Shown: piece after piece, positions 1 through 21,096 of the stretch
Numbering within the stretch: the stretch's first letter is position 1
Layout of the letters: every line of letters begins with the position of its first letter
Assembly (NCBI GenBank): GCA_951406725.2
Contig: OX597827.1
Coordinates: 40,920,001 to 40,984,000, forward strand
Reading direction: 5' to 3'
Length of the DNA stretch: 64,000 nt
Source: Octopus vulgaris
Taxonomy: Eukaryota
Notes under the pieces: model-generated
What the model was told of the DNA's origin: nothing
Seen by the model: the letters and a program-made list of their open reading frames with translations, nothing else
Database searches by the model: none
Translations under genes and position numbers: made by a program

Positions 1-2669
<2,669 letters not shown>

Positions 2670-2684
2670 TTATACATATACATA

Positions 2685-2722
<38 letters not shown>

Positions 2723-2728
2723 TATACA

Positions 2729-3097
2729 TCTCTCTATATATAAACGGCAGTTTGTCTGTGTGTGTTTCTGTGTGTCTGTTAGGTTGTAACCTCACCCTGA
2801 CCACGGCTTTCAACCGATTCTGATGAAACTTGACACACACATAGCCCAATGTCATAATTCAAAACCAACGCAGCGAAAATTTTGAAAAGTTCCCCCAGTT
2901 CTGAAAAAAATCGATAAATTCGACATGGGGTCGAGAATCAGAAACACAAACCACAAACTGTCTAGGGGACGCAACTCGACCTTTTTAACTAAAAAAAATT
3001 TACCATCATTTTTTTCCATTTTTTGGCTATAACTCTCTAAAAATGCTTTATAGTTATTTCCCTTAAAAACCCGAGCAACGCCGGGCGATACTGCTAG
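2729..3097 (+). mobile_element. Non-autonomous Helitron
   Basis: A|TC 5' end, subterminal hairpin CCCGAGCAACGCCGGG, CTAG|T 3' end, no TSD; second copy at 50949-51334. Confidence 0.85.
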
Positions 3098-3128
3098 TAT
3101 ATATATATATACATATACATATATATAC

Positions 3129-3200
<72 letters not shown>

Positions 3201-3232
3201 ATATACATATACATATATATATATACATATAC

Positions 3233-3263
<31 letters not shown>

Positions 3264-3274
3264 CATACATATAC

Positions 3275-3363
<89 letters not shown>

Positions 3364-3367
3364 CATA

Positions 3368-3397
<30 letters not shown>

Positions 3398-3398
<1 letters not shown>

Positions 3399-4610
3399 GC
3401 GTGATCTCAACATAGTTGGAAAACTGGGAGAATGGCTTCATGACTTTCTGAAGGATAGAAGTCAGGTGGTAGTAGCCAATGGGGCCACCTCCATTAACAC
3501 ACAAATAGTGAGCGGTGTTCCGCAGGGCACTGTTCTGGGACCACTACTATTCATAATGGCCCTCTCAGACATGCCCTCAGCCACGCAGAGAGCCACGATC
3601 ACAAGTTATGCAGATGATACAAAAGTTTCACAGGCAATACAGAACCCTGAGGACACTAAACACCTGCAATGTGAGCTGGACGAAATATACAAGTGGGCTG
3701 AAAAGAATAGCATGCAGTTCAATGCTGGAAAGTTTCAAGCTTTATACTATCAGCATGCAAAACTGAATGCAATACCCAATGAATACACTGGACCCGGAGG
3801 GATTGCAATCCCAGAGGCACAATCAGTGCATGGCCTGGGTATTCACATGAGTGACGACGCGACCTTTCATGTACATGTTGCTAAACTGACAATGAAATGT
3901 AGACGGCTGGCTGGATGGATTCTTAGAACCATTAGAACAAGAGAACAAGAAACCATGATGGTCCTCTGGAAGACACTTGTCCTAAGCCACTTTGACTATT
4001 GCTCTCAGCTATGGTCACCATCCAGTGTCAAGTTGATCACAGAACTTGAGGCAATCCAACGAAGCTACACGAAGAAGATAGCCTCTATGCAGAATGTAAG
4101 CTACTGGGAAAGACTCAAGAGATTAAAATTATATTCCCTGGAGCGTAGGCGGGAAAGATATGCCATAATATACATCTGGAAGATCCTGGAAGGAAGTGTC
4201 CTGAACTTTGGCATCGAGAGTTACGCAAATGCCAGAACTGGGCGCCACTGCGTGGTGCCTAGGACTCCAAACCTGCCATCAAGATGTAGGACAAGATTCT
4301 GTGATAGCCTGGGCTTCCGAGGCCCACAGCTCTTCAATATCCTCCCGAAGAACCTGAGAGACCTGCATGGGGTGGATACAGATGTCTTTAAAATGAAGCT
4401 GGATCTCTTCCTGTCAGGTGTCCCAGATGAACCAACTTCACGGCAGGAGGGGCAGATGAGGGCAGCTGCATCGAACTCTCTCATGCACCAAATAGCAGTT
4501 GCTAGAAAGCCTCCATGAAATGAAACCAAGTAGCAACACCAAATGGCGGTGCCCCAGCATGGCCACAGCTCATAAGCTGAAACTAGAATCAATCAATCAA
4601 TCAATCAATC
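3398..4610 (+). mobile_element. 5'-truncated CR1-group LINE, related subfamily (partial RT ORF 3397..4518)
   Basis: [23 protein letters not shown]; protein collinear with the 232..2658 ORF; (ATCA)n tail; embedded in (TA)n. Confidence 0.93.
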
Positions 4611-8146
<3,536 letters not shown>

Positions 8147-8164
8147 AAAATATTATTAGAGACA

Positions 8165-8209
8165 GTCACCTGAAGATTGTCGATCAAGACAAGAAACGAT
8201 TGTAGTGGC
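8165..8209 (+). ncRNA. Minimal type I hammerhead ribozyme motif
   Basis: GTCAC-CTGAAGA-TTGTC(gatcaa)GACAA-GAAA-C(gatt)G-TA-GTGGC; GUA cleavage triplet. Confidence 0.7.
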
Positions 8210-8392
8210 GGTTTTTTTGACTATTTATTAAAATTTTATGTATTGATTAAGTCTTTCCTTGTTTGTTTTGCAAAATAGTGGTTTTGTCTCTAATAATATT
8301 TTATAATATTTTACTATAAAATTGGATTTAATCCTAAATCTGATTTTTTTCCCTGTAAATTTGGATTTATTCCCTAATATTTATTATTATAC

Positions 8393-8423
<31 letters not shown>

Positions 8424-8617
8424 CATACATATACATACATATACATACATACATATACATATACATATACATATATATACATACATATACATATATATAC
8501 ATACATATATATATACATATACATATACATACACATATATATACATATATATATACATACACATATATACATACATATATATACACATACACATACATAT
8601 ATATACATATACATACA

Positions 8618-8649
<32 letters not shown>

Positions 8650-8661
8650 CATATATACATA

Positions 8662-8693
<32 letters not shown>

Positions 8694-8741
8694 CATATAT
8701 ACATACATACATATATACATATATATACATACATACATATA

Positions 8742-8775
<34 letters not shown>

Positions 8776-9046
8776 CATACATATATATACATATATATAC
8801 ATATATACATACATATATACATACATATATACATACATATATATATACATATATATATACATATATATACACATATATACACATACATACATATATATAC
8901 ATATACATACATACATATATACATACATATATACATACATACATATACATACATATATACATATATACATATATATACATATATACATATATATACATAT
9001 ATATATACATATATACATATATATACATATATACATACATATATAC

Positions 9047-9079
<33 letters not shown>

Positions 9080-9484
9080 CATATATATACATATATACAT
9101 ATATATACATATACATATATACATATACACACGTGGAGGCACAATGGCCCAGTGGTTAGGACAGCAGACTCGCAATTTTGATTCCCAGATCATGAGTTGT
9201 GAGTGTTTATTGAGCAAAAAACACCTAAAAAGCTCCATGAGACTCCGGCAGTGGGTGGTGGCGATCCCTGTACTCTTTCACCACAACTTTCTCTCACTCT
9301 TTCTTCTGTTGGCCTGCTCGCTTAGCCAGCAGGGTGGCGTCATTTAAAGGCTAAAACAATGCGAAGCGTATTGTGACCAGCGGTGTGTACCAACATCTGA
9401 TAGCCTGGTCGGTCACAGTGATCACAGTGATACATACATATATATATACATATATATGTGTGTGTGTGTGTGTGTGTACACATA

Positions 9485-9703
9485 CGGTGGTGGGGCTGAA
9501 AAGTTCCTGACTTTGGATAAAAAAAAATACGAGGAGGATCAGTCAATTATGATTTTATTCAACATATTCTCTTCTCAGATTCACACACTCGTTCCAGCAG
9601 TCCTTCAGTTCTTCTAAACCCTGTAAAAGAACTCAGAAGGTTGGACCACCAACCAGGCCTTTTGTATTACCCTTAAAGCCAGGAACTTTCCGGCACCCCC
9701 TCA
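9485..9703. mobile_element. Mariner-type MITE
   Basis: TIR GCTGAAAAGTTCCTG(G/A)CTTT, TA flanks; second copy 32191-32410. Confidence 0.7.
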
Positions 9704-9867
9704 TACATTTGTACGCACGTGTGCGTATGTATGTATGGAAAACCTTTTGTAAGCATCAATCAGAGATTAAAAGAAAACAAAGAGAAGGGACTTTAGTGGT
9801 GCATCCATGTATACAATGATGATTCAATGAAGAAGGAAAAAAGGAACAATAATATATTACATATCAG

Positions 9868-9873
9868 TTTATT
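9868..9873 (-). terminator. Candidate AATAAA polyadenylation signal of the GLUT-like gene
   Basis: AATAAA on the minus strand followed by U/GU-rich sequence; one of several possible hexamers. Confidence 0.25.
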
Positions 9874-10241
9874 CAGTACATATAAATAATTCACATAATT
9901 TATACTGATATATTTTGTAGTAAAGCGGTTTTGTTGTATGCAGACAAAGGGAATGAGAAGTTTCAATTTACAAACTTATCCGTATATTTTAAGCAAGAAA
10001 GCAAAAAATTCAGACCAGGAAATATGCTAATTTTCAAGTAATACATTGGTCTTAGTCTGTATGTATATATACATATATTTCTCTTGATAAGAAGAAATGT
10101 CAAATATATATCTAGTTATCTTCATGTGCATCTCTGAGTGCACCAATATTTTATATTTGACAAAAACACTTGACAATTATGAAGTAGCCCCAGTGCTTAC
10201 TGTAGTGGAACCATTCCATAATACCTATTTATAAACTTTAA

Positions 10242-10462
10242 CCCTTTAGCATTTAAACCGGCCATATCCGGCCAAAAGTATTCTGCCTGATTTATGGTCA
10301 GACTGGCCAGATCTGGTCTCTCACACAAACCCTACAATATCATTTTAAAAATTAACACCAACCTCATTGAAATCTCATAGCTACAAGATAAGGCATGATT
10401 AGTTCAAAACAATTTAGATAAAAAAGGATTAATTTTGGCAGAATAATGCGAACACTAAAGGG
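10242..10462. mobile_element. piggyBac-like MITE
   Basis: TTAA|CCCTTTAG...CTAAAGGG|TTAA; related interrupted copy ~42375-44119. Confidence 0.7.
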
Positions 10463-13400
10463 TTAAGTAACACAATATAAGTGATAGGCATTTTGTTTGT
10501 TTTGCTTTTCTCTTGCTATATAAAGCTGCCTAGTCTCCTTCAAGGTCTGTAATCTGCAACATGATTTTTAACTCAATACTATGAACCAACATGAGACTCT
10601 TTATGTACAAGAAATAAAAATATAATACCCTTACATATATAGTATATAGACATAGATGTAAAATCTGCTCCTACACCTGCACTTTACCTTTTTCTTTAAA
10701 TGCACACATTTTGGTGTTAATGTTAGAGAGAAAAAAATAATCAATACATAGTTTATTTTTCTATACAATGGTAAAGCTCAATTTGTTACTCTGAGTTTAC
10801 TGGCATTTGGAATGAAGCTCTCTTTTCAGTAAAATGAATGGCTACATGCAAGCAAGCATGAATGTGTGTATGTGCATGTGTTGTATATATGTGCATATAT
10901 ATGCATTGCATATGTAACTTCATTTTAGGTGTTAGTGTATAAGCTTAAAGTGAAACAATCTCACCAATCACACACAAGTACGCCCGGTCATTAGCATTCT
11001 ATGCATTAATAATAAACGATTTACTAATTTAATTAATTGATGGCCAAATAATTGATCATTAACATTTTAATTATTTTGTTTAAACAAGATTAATTCTTTC
11101 CAATTAAAATTTATTCTTCTCATTAATATGTGAATTCATTTCTATTTTAATTAGTCTAAAATATATTTTATAAGGACCGCTATAAATAAAATATATAAAA
11201 TGTGTTGAAAAAAAGAAAAGGGAATTTTATATCATAAAGGGTGAGCATAGGCATAGAAACAGATCATGCTTAAAACTATAACTGTAAATGCAAAAACCCC
11301 ATAATGCATCATATATAATGTAATAAAAAATATATATTTAATTTTGTAAAAATATACAAAGAAATTTGTGGGTAAAATCCTGCAAATTTCAATTAATATA
11401 GAATTAATGAATAATCACATGATCAAAACAGTTCTGGAATGCACAACTTTATGTCACACATACACTAGACAAAATACAAAGGCTGTTACTGGTCATACGT
11501 GTAACAAAAAAGACAGTTTCGTGTCAAGAGTTGAAGACAGCCAAAGAACTATGGAACCGAACCACTGGTCTTGATATCTTTGGTATAAATCACTGCTGAC
11601 AGTTGAACAAAGAAGTATTCCTTACAATCTGATAAGGCATACATGTAAAATACATGAGATAGTCTAGCAATAAAGGTATTGAGAGGGTTGAAAGAGCAGG
11701 CAATATCAAAACTACTTAAAGTTAATTGGTGATGCCACATTAATTAATCCCCCATGGGGGTGTTGCGTAATTGATATTTTAATGTGACAGTTAACTTGAT
11801 TCATTGAAATCTTAAAACCACATCGGAAACAACAGCCAGTTCTTTATAGAACATATAAGACAATTGGAAAACTATCCACTGAAACCCTCACTAGGTGAGC
11901 TGGATTTTTTTTTTTTTTAAGACAAATGTTAACTTGAAGCAAAACTCTAACCCATTTGTTAAAACACCAGTAATGAGGTTGAGAGTGTGATTTGGATAAA
12001 TTAAAAACTGGCTAATCAATATGGAAAATTCAAGATTATCCCAGAGTTAGGATAGTGTTGAGCTTTCCAAAGACCATATTCTACAATTAAAGAATACTGA
12101 CTTTAGATAATGCCACCAAACAGATCCTTAATTGTAATATCATATCATCTATTGTGGATTCCACAATCCAATAAGGACACACAAATGAGACTCAGATGAA
12201 ACTTCAGATAAGCTCTATAAACAAATGAACCATCAAGGCAAAGATGTTGTTGTTATATCTCAATTCCAAAGGAGTTGTTATTGTTGTGAAGTCAATGAGG
12301 AACTATTTGCTGGAAACAAATAATTTATCTGTTGAAATTAAGTAACATGCAGTTGTTGTTTGGCCTTCAAGTCAATTACGACCAATCAAACTTGAGACTA
12401 TTGTCCTGTAGCCACAGTACACCCCTGATCAAGCAGCTCTATGGCATACAGCTGAACAAAGAACAGCTGACAGAAGCATCTTCTCAGATATGCCAAATCT
12501 CAGCATTGCTTGTCAGTTGTGTTTTACAATCCCCAGCCATGAGGGATTGTATATGGTACAGTGTGATAGTAAAGATATACTACAGTCGACTCAATGAGTA
12601 AGAAATCACAACCAAATCTTCCCCAAATATAGCCTTATTGTCCTGAATGATAAGAGCAAAATGAAAGTAAAAAGAGATCACAGAACATCTTACAAATGTA
12701 AACTGATCAATTTATTGGAAGAGAATAATAGACAGAAGAAAGAACTATTCCAAGCCAAATAACATCTACAGCAATTCACTTCATATGAAACGGCTTCTGG
12801 TTCTAGGGCACCTGACAGCCAATTTTAAATTGCTCATATATAAATTAAAATTGTCTGTTATAATTTTATGTAAGAACCATTTGTTAAGTTATGTTCCAAA
12901 CATCAGCTTAATAATGAAAATTGATCATTTTATTAAATCCCTTCAAATTCTTAACTATTTTCAAAATTCATTAAAAAGCATGATCAGGGTATTTCATTAG
13001 AAACATGGTCAGAATACAGTTAAAAATGAAAATTTTTCATTTAACCTCTTGTAACCAAACTCACCTAAAATCGCCCCTGGTTCTGATACAAAACTTTGAT
13101 TTTAAAGTGATTTGATTTAAAATCTCATAATTATTTCAAAGGAGATTTTATTAATATTTCAAGCTAAAAAAATAGCTGAAGTCTGCCTCAAGTTTATGGG
13201 CTTATTAGTTCAAAATTTATATCACTTTCTGAGACATTTGAGCACCTTGGAGTACAAGAATCCCCACTTCTTAGACAAGATGCAGGATAACCCTCAGTTT
13301 TTGGTGCTATTAATTTTCAACTAAGTGGACATTCTATGTTCCAAATACCTGCTTAATATATCACTAATTTAATAAAATTAGTTTAATTTTACTAAAATTA

Positions 13401-15025
13401 ACCAAATTATTTTCAAATTTTGCAGAAGCACAGACTGTGTATTTTATTAGAAACAGTCATAAAATTTCGTTTTTGGATTTGGTTTGCAAGATTCTTTATA
13501 TGAGTTCGTGTGTTGAAGCATGTTCTGTTGTGTCTGGGGAGAGTCATTTTCTTTTTGTGCCTTATAATGTAACACACTCACTGGTAAAATTTCCACTTAT
13601 TTCTTATTTTTATTTTCCTAAAATTTTTGTTGCGTTTTGCAACCTTTTCAATAGTCTTGACTTTAGGAAAATAAAAATAAGAAATAAGCAGAAATTTTAG
13701 TGGTGAGTATGTTACATTATAAGGCACCAAAAAAATGACTCTCCCCAGACTCAACAGTCATAAAATTGTTAAAATTTATAATTCAGGCAAAAGTTAGAGA
13801 TTAACAATCAGCTGTTACAGCTTAACATATTATCTCCAAAACAGGTATTTTCACTTTCTTCAATCCATTAAGCAAAATGTAGAGAATGCCACCAAAAGAC
13901 AAAGGCAGTTCTTTTTCAGAATGTCAAATAGTTTAAGGAAGTTCCTATTCCTGAGACTCTTGAAACATTGGAGGAAGGCAAAGCAGAAAAGGAAAAACAG
14001 ACTTGTAGAACAGCACCAGTGTTCCTGTACATTTTCTGGATGCATATGAGCATCTTCCAACAGGGTGAGAAGTAAAAGAATAGTGTAACCATGGGTTTTC
14101 CACTAGCAACAATCATCCCTAACAAGAAAAACTGGTGAGGGTTGGAAACAGGAAGAACATCCAGCCATAAAATTCCGCCTCAAATAATTTCTATCTAAAT
14201 CCATGCTAGCATAGAAAAATGGATGTTAAACAAATGAACAAACACACACACCTACACATACACACATGCATACATAAATACATATTTTTTATTATTATTA
14301 TTAATCAGCAAAAGTTACTGAGTGACTCAAAGACCAATGCACGAAACACTTTGCCCCTGAGTCACTCAGTAACTTCTGAATAACAGAAAATATATATATT
14401 CATGTTTTGAGTTCAAATTTGCTGTATTTCAAAATACTCAGCAATTGATTATCAGATGAACTTCTACTATAATCATTTACGCTCCAATTAAATCAAAAAC
14501 TTTCTTTTATTAGTATTCATTGTACATGCAAACATTTTCTCAATATATATATATCAGAATATTCGGTGGTGCTGTTCAAAAATATGGATGAACCTTAAAC
14601 CACCCTTGTTGAATTCTTTCTCACATTAATGTAGATAGTCAATCTTTTGCTTTTTTTTATTTTTAATTGAACTTTTACATTTTGTATGTAGATATAACAT
14701 ATTTCAAGTCATATTTCTCAGCTTGGGAATTAAAAAATGGGAACATCAGTTGCAATTTGCTTTAAACAGATTTAACCTTAGAAAAATAAAACTCAGAATA
14801 ACAAAAATATAGAGAGAACTGAATTCCCCAATTAATAATAACTTAATCATTTTTAATAAGTAGAAGAGAAACATCTAAATATAAAATACATACGTACATA
14901 CACACACAGATTATATACACACACACATACAAATATTTGTATATGTATATATGTTTATGTATGTTTATATACATACATTCAAATATATATATATCAATGT
15001 TTACTTATTTATATTAATGTTTGTG

Positions 15026-15064
<39 letters not shown>

Positions 15065-15092
15065 AAATGTTTATATGTGTGTATATATAAAT

Positions 15093-15128
<36 letters not shown>

Positions 15129-15453
15129 TTTCATATGTGTATTTTTAATATGTGTCTGTGTTTATAGATATGCATGCATGTGTGTACGTGTAAATACATA
15201 CACACATGTATGCATTTATATATATGCAATCATAAGCATATACTAAATATGTGTGTATTCTATGTGTGTATATATAGTGTATATATATATATATATGTGT
15301 GTGTGTGCGTCTGAGCACTTGTATATGTGAGAAATTATACATAATCATGTACATATGCTGACATGCACATATATGAAAGTAATATTTGAAGTTGAGTGTA
15401 TTTTAAGTGTATGTATATACCCATTTGCAAACCTGTGTGTATATCAAAAGCTC

Positions 15454-15660
15454 TCACATATTTCGGAACCCAACCAAGTGACTATTTTCCTTAGCAACAC
15501 CATTTGATTTCGATTGACTACTCAATGTCTTCTGTGAGAAGATTTCTGAAATCTGTTGAAACGTCTTGTCTTTTGTCTCTGGCAGAAACATGTAGGTGAA
15601 AATCCAAAACAGCAGAAGCAGAATGGTAAACGGTAAGAAGGATAGGTGCTTCAGTCCTTT
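15454..15660 (-). CDS. GLUT-like last coding exon (KGLKHLSF...LPETKDKTF...GFRNM*)
   Basis: tttcAG acceptor, PETK motif, TGA at 15456-15454; absent from the ORF track. Confidence 0.9.
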   Translation of the reverse strand, partial: KGLKHLSFLPFTILLLLFWIFTYMFLPETKDKTFQQISEIFSQKTLSSQSKSNGVAKENSHLVGFRNM

Positions 15661-18600
15661 CTGAAATCATAAACAGATAAATATTAAAGTAGTAATACCA
15701 GCACAGTACATGAATGAATGAAAATTGACTGGCTGTGAGGACATGTGTTGAAATTCTATCATTTACATCATGGAAGAATGAGAATTGCTTAAGTATATAT
15801 GCACTGGCTATGTGAAGATGTATGGCTTAGTGGTTAGGGTGATCAGCTCACAGATGTAAAGCTGTGAGTTCAATTCCTGGTGGTACATTGTGTCCTTGAG
15901 GCCAGACACTTTATTTCATGTTGCTCCAGTCTACTCAGCTGGCAAAAATGAGTTATACTTGTATTTCAAAAGGGCCAGCCTTGTCACATTCTGTGTCATG
16001 CTGAATCTCTCAAAGAACTATGTCTGTGGAGTACTCAGCCACATGCATGTTAATTTCCCAAGCAGATTGTTCCATTAATCAGATCAACTGGAACCCTTAT
16101 CATTGATGATGGGTGACTCCTATACTCATTCACTGATGATGGATGGCTCTTGGAATACACCTAGTTAGATTGTCTTTGGAGTCAACGGTTAAGAAATCAG
16201 AGACTAGCCAACAGAGATTGGTTACTATTTATAGCTTGATAAATTAATGAATAAATAAATATAGAGCACTACAATGGTACAATTACAAATTCAAAGGAGA
16301 AAAAAGTGTGCCAGCACTAGCACTAATTCTTAGCAGAGTAAATGAACTGAAGCAATGAAAAATGAAGTGTCTTGCTCAAGGACACAATGCACCACCCAGT
16401 CTAGGAACTAAACCCATGATAGTGATGACGACGACGGCGACGAACACCTTGATGCAGTAGCAGGCAGTACCTCTCATGGCTTCTGATCTTAACTGATTGG
16501 AAGTATTATCATGTACATTGTTTTGTCTTGGTATAAGATGGGCAACAGCAAATACTCTACTCAATACCACAGATTTGCTTGTCAGTTGTTTGACCTTAAC
16601 CAGTTGAGCATGTCCCTTAGTGGCTGACGATATGTGCATCTCTGATCACGAGCAGAAGTAGTGGGGGAGCATCATAGCCATGTGCCGAGAGGAATTATTT
16701 GGGGTTTGGATAATTCACTTTTGGAAACATGGGTGTTTTGTTCATCATCCTTAACCAACCCTTATTCAGGGACCTTTTGAGTGGAATGGGCTACTCGACC
16801 TGAAGAAAATTCTAACTGGGCCCCACCTTCAAGGTCATGCACTGCTTATCTTGATATGAGATCACCATGTCGCATACATATGGTTGTGATGTATGTGCCT
16901 GGTGTACCCTTATCAGACAGGTACTCATGATGGGTATACTGGGCTTCGTATATTTTACCCAGTGTCACTTTGATAGCATGCACTGCTCCCTCACTCAATA
17001 ATAATAATAATAATAATAGTGGTTTCAAATTTTGGCTCAAAGCCAACAAGTTCAAGGATGGGTTATATTGATTACACCAACCTCAGTGCTCAACTAGTAC
17101 TTATTTTATCAACCCCAAAAGGATGAAAGGCAAAGATGACCTCAGCAGAATTTACTACTACTACTACCACCACCACTATTAAAGCCAGAAATTTGTAGAG
17201 ATTGGTACATTGCATTCCATTCTTTTAGTTATTTAGTAGAAATTTAACTCAATTTAACTCAAAAACAAAAGTGAGAGTAAAAACAATTTTTTTTTTTAAG
17301 AAATTTAGTCACATTTTCCATCACTACTGCCACTCTAAAACACAAAGTGTAGAAAGGAAAGGAAAAGGATACAATTTTCTGTTATAGTTTTTCAACTTGG
17401 AAAACCCACCGCATTTTGAGATAAGGGGAGATAAATCTTACCTCGACATAAGGGAAAGTAAATGCATTGAGGAAGTTGCTTAACCAGTTGATCATCACAC
17501 AGACACTCATGGCAGAGGATCGAGCTCCTTGTGAAAAGAGTTCAGCCACAATCAACCAGGGAATGGAACCTAGAAATGAAAGAGATACAACACAGATGTA
17601 GAGGGATAAAAGTGAAATAACAGATAGAATGAGATAGAAAGAGAGAGAGAGAGAGAGAGATGGCATGCATGCATACATACATTCACATATATATACATAC
17701 ACACACATATATATACAGACACACACACATATATACAGACACACACACACACATATATACAGACACACACACATACATACATACACACTCACACATATAC
17801 ATACACACACATATATACATACACACACATATATACAGATACACACACATATATACAGACACACACACATATATACAGACACACACACACATACAGACAC
17901 ACACACACATATACATACACACATATATACATACACACACACACACACACATATACATACACACACACACACACATACACACACACACATAATTTGATTC
18001 TCTCTCTGAAGAATTTCTAACAGGAAATGTCATATATGTTTGTCCAACATGTACAGCTTTCTAATTCCTATTAGCAAATGAAACACATATGATACTGAAT
18101 AAATAATAGCAAAAATTTTCCCCAGTTTTCTTACATAATAACTTTGCAAACCAATATATCCAGAATTTTCAATTCTGATGTATACCTCACATCAATACAT
18201 CAACAGCAACTACATATTGGATTGTAATACTAGAGGAAACAGATGGACTTCAAGAGAACACAGCTTGGATTTTACCCTACTTATATTTCTTTTATTCTTT
18301 TACTTCTTTAAGTCATTTTGACTGTGGCCATGTTGGAGCACCACCTTTAGTCGAGCAAATCAACCACAGGACTTATTCTTTGTAAGCCTAGTACTTATTC
18401 TATTGGTCTCTTTTGCCAAACCGCTAAGTTACAGGGACGTAAACACACCAGCATCGGTTGTCAAGCAATGTTGGGGGGACAAACAGAGCCACAAACATAT
18501 ACACACACATACACATATATACATATATATGATGGGCTTCTTTCAGTTTCTGTCTACCAAATCCACTTACAAGGCTTTGGTCGACCCAAGGCTATAGTAG

Positions 18601-19910
18601 AAGACACTTGCCCAAGGTGCCACGCAGAGGGACTGAACCCGGAACCATGTGGTTGGTAAGCAAGCTATTTACCACACAGCCACTCCTATGCCTATAACGC
18701 CCAGCGTGCTAATGTTTCTGCCAAGAGGGATTAAAAAATCTTGGCAAATATCAATAAAGCATTTAGTATTAAAAGAATTTGGTTAACAATATTCAGTAAT
18801 TAGACACCAATAAATGTAAGTAGAATACAGATCTCAGGTAAATCCTCATGCATGACAAGTAAATCCAAATAAACTTTGACAGAATGTCTTTATTATATAT
18901 TTACTAGGTTTTCGATGAAGTGCTGTGATTTATATGAAAAAGAAATTTTTACAATCTGCCTATCAGTATTGAGTGCTCTTTCTGGTGTTAGTTGACACTA
19001 GTGTAATATGTGCATGTGTTTCTGTGTGTGTGTGTATCATCATCATCATTATTATTGATGTTTTTTGAAGTTCACTTTAACATGTTTGCATGAATTGGAC
19101 AGAATTCACTGAAGTAGATTTTCTTACTTCTTTATTGCCCACAAGGGGCTAAACATAGAGGGGCCAAACAAGGACAGACAAAGGAATTAAGTCGATTACA
19201 TTGACCCCCAGTGCATAACTGGTACTTAATTTATCGACCCCGAAAGGATATAAGGTAAAGTCAACCTCAGTGGAATTTGAACTCAGAACGTAATGACAGA
19301 CGAAATATCGCTAAGCATTTCGCCCAGCGTGCTAACGTTTCTGCCAGAAATAAGTGTGAACCGATTACACCTAAGCATTAGGTGACATACTTCATATGGT
19401 TCTGGGGATAAAGGTTTAGGTGAAGTGTTTAGTGCAGAGTTTGATGATTTGCAAAGAGTCATATCAGAGGAGGTGACAAGGGGTTACAGGGTGGTACTTT
19501 TGAGTCTGCTGTATAAGCCTGTATAGGCTTGGGGCCCAGAGGAACTCAAAGGCTGCCCCAGGTATCACACACTTTAGGTATGCTAGTAGAGAGAGAAAGA
19601 GAAAGAGTGAGAGAGAGAAAGTAAGATAGAGAAAGAGAGTGTGAGAGAGAGAGAGAGAGGGGGAGAAAGGGTGAGAAAGAAAGAGAGGAGAGAGAGAAAG
19701 AAAGAGAGAAAGAGAGAAAGAAAAAGAGAAAGAAAGAGAGAGAGAAAAAGTAAAGAGAGAGAGAAAGGATGAAAAAGAGAAAAAGAGAAAGAGAAAGAGA
19801 TAGAAAGAAAAAGAGAAAGCAAGAGAGAAAGAGAGAGAGAGTGAGAACACAGCACATTGATGCATCAAGAGTAAAGGGTTGCCAGTGAGTCAGATGGTCT
19901 TGTGTTGTGA

Positions 19911-19966
<56 letters not shown>

Positions 19967-21065
19967 CCAACTTACCAGGTCCAATAGAGAAAAATCCCAC
20001 AAAAAGGATTACGATAACGATACTAACAACCTGCATTGCATCATAAGTGTCCTGTGGAAAGCAAAATGTGATTGAAGGCGTTTGTTAGGGACAACAACAA
20101 CAACAACAACAACGAGAAGAACATGAAACTAATCTGAGACAGAGAAACCAAATCCCTTTCATGCAGGATTTGTTCTTTTATTCTTTTGGCTGTGGCCATG
20201 CTGGAGCATCACCTTAAAGAGTTTTAGTCGAAGACATTGACCCCCTCCCCGCAGGACTTATTCTTTGTAAGCCTAGTACTTATTCTATTGGTCTCTGTTG
20301 CCGAACCGCTAAGTTACAGGGACATAAACACACAAACATCGGTGGTCAAGAGTTTGTAATGGTGATGGTGGGTGGGGGGGAATAAACACAGACACAAAGA
20401 GAAACATACACATGACTGAATGAACCCCATTACTTATTATTTCTTTGTAAAGCCTGGTATTTATTTTATCAGTTTCTCTTAACAAACTGCTAAGTTATGG
20501 GGATGTAAACACACCAACACAGGTTGTCAAGCAGTGGAGGAGGACAAACACATGCACAAACTATGTGCACACACATACACACACACACTCATATATATGA
20601 CAGGCTTCTTTCAGTTTCTTCCTATGAAATCCACTCACAAAGCTTTGGTCGGCCTGAGGCTATAGCAGAAAGCACTTGCCCAAGGTGCCATGCAGTGGAA
20701 CTGAACCTGGAACCAAGTGGTTGGGAAGCAAACTTCTTGCCACAGTCACACCTGTGTCTATAGAATGTATAGAATAAATTCAAATTGTGCAATGGAAACA
20801 GCTCTCTAATGTAAACCTTATCAATACATATGATAATGATTGAAAACAAAACATATAAGACCGTTTTTTATTCAAATGTATAAATTTGCAAAACCAGCCA
20901 ACCCACATAGTACTATAATAAAAGACAACAAGGATTAACAATAGAAAATATTGTTAATATGATAGATGTTAAGTCTTTAAAAATTTTTTAATAGAAAAAC
21001 TAAACAAATCCCAGTGCATTTTCAATTTCCCCGATATATATACATGTCTATAAATAAATAATTAA

Positions 21066-21096
<31 letters not shown>

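Noticed and set aside
2820-2830. CTGATGAAAC in the Helitron as a hammerhead core
   Set aside because: No stem II between CUGAUGA and GAAA.
18403-18659. Recurrent short ORFs such as [34 protein letters not shown]
   Set aside because: Antisense translations of SINE family A, repeated at many loci; not a protein family.
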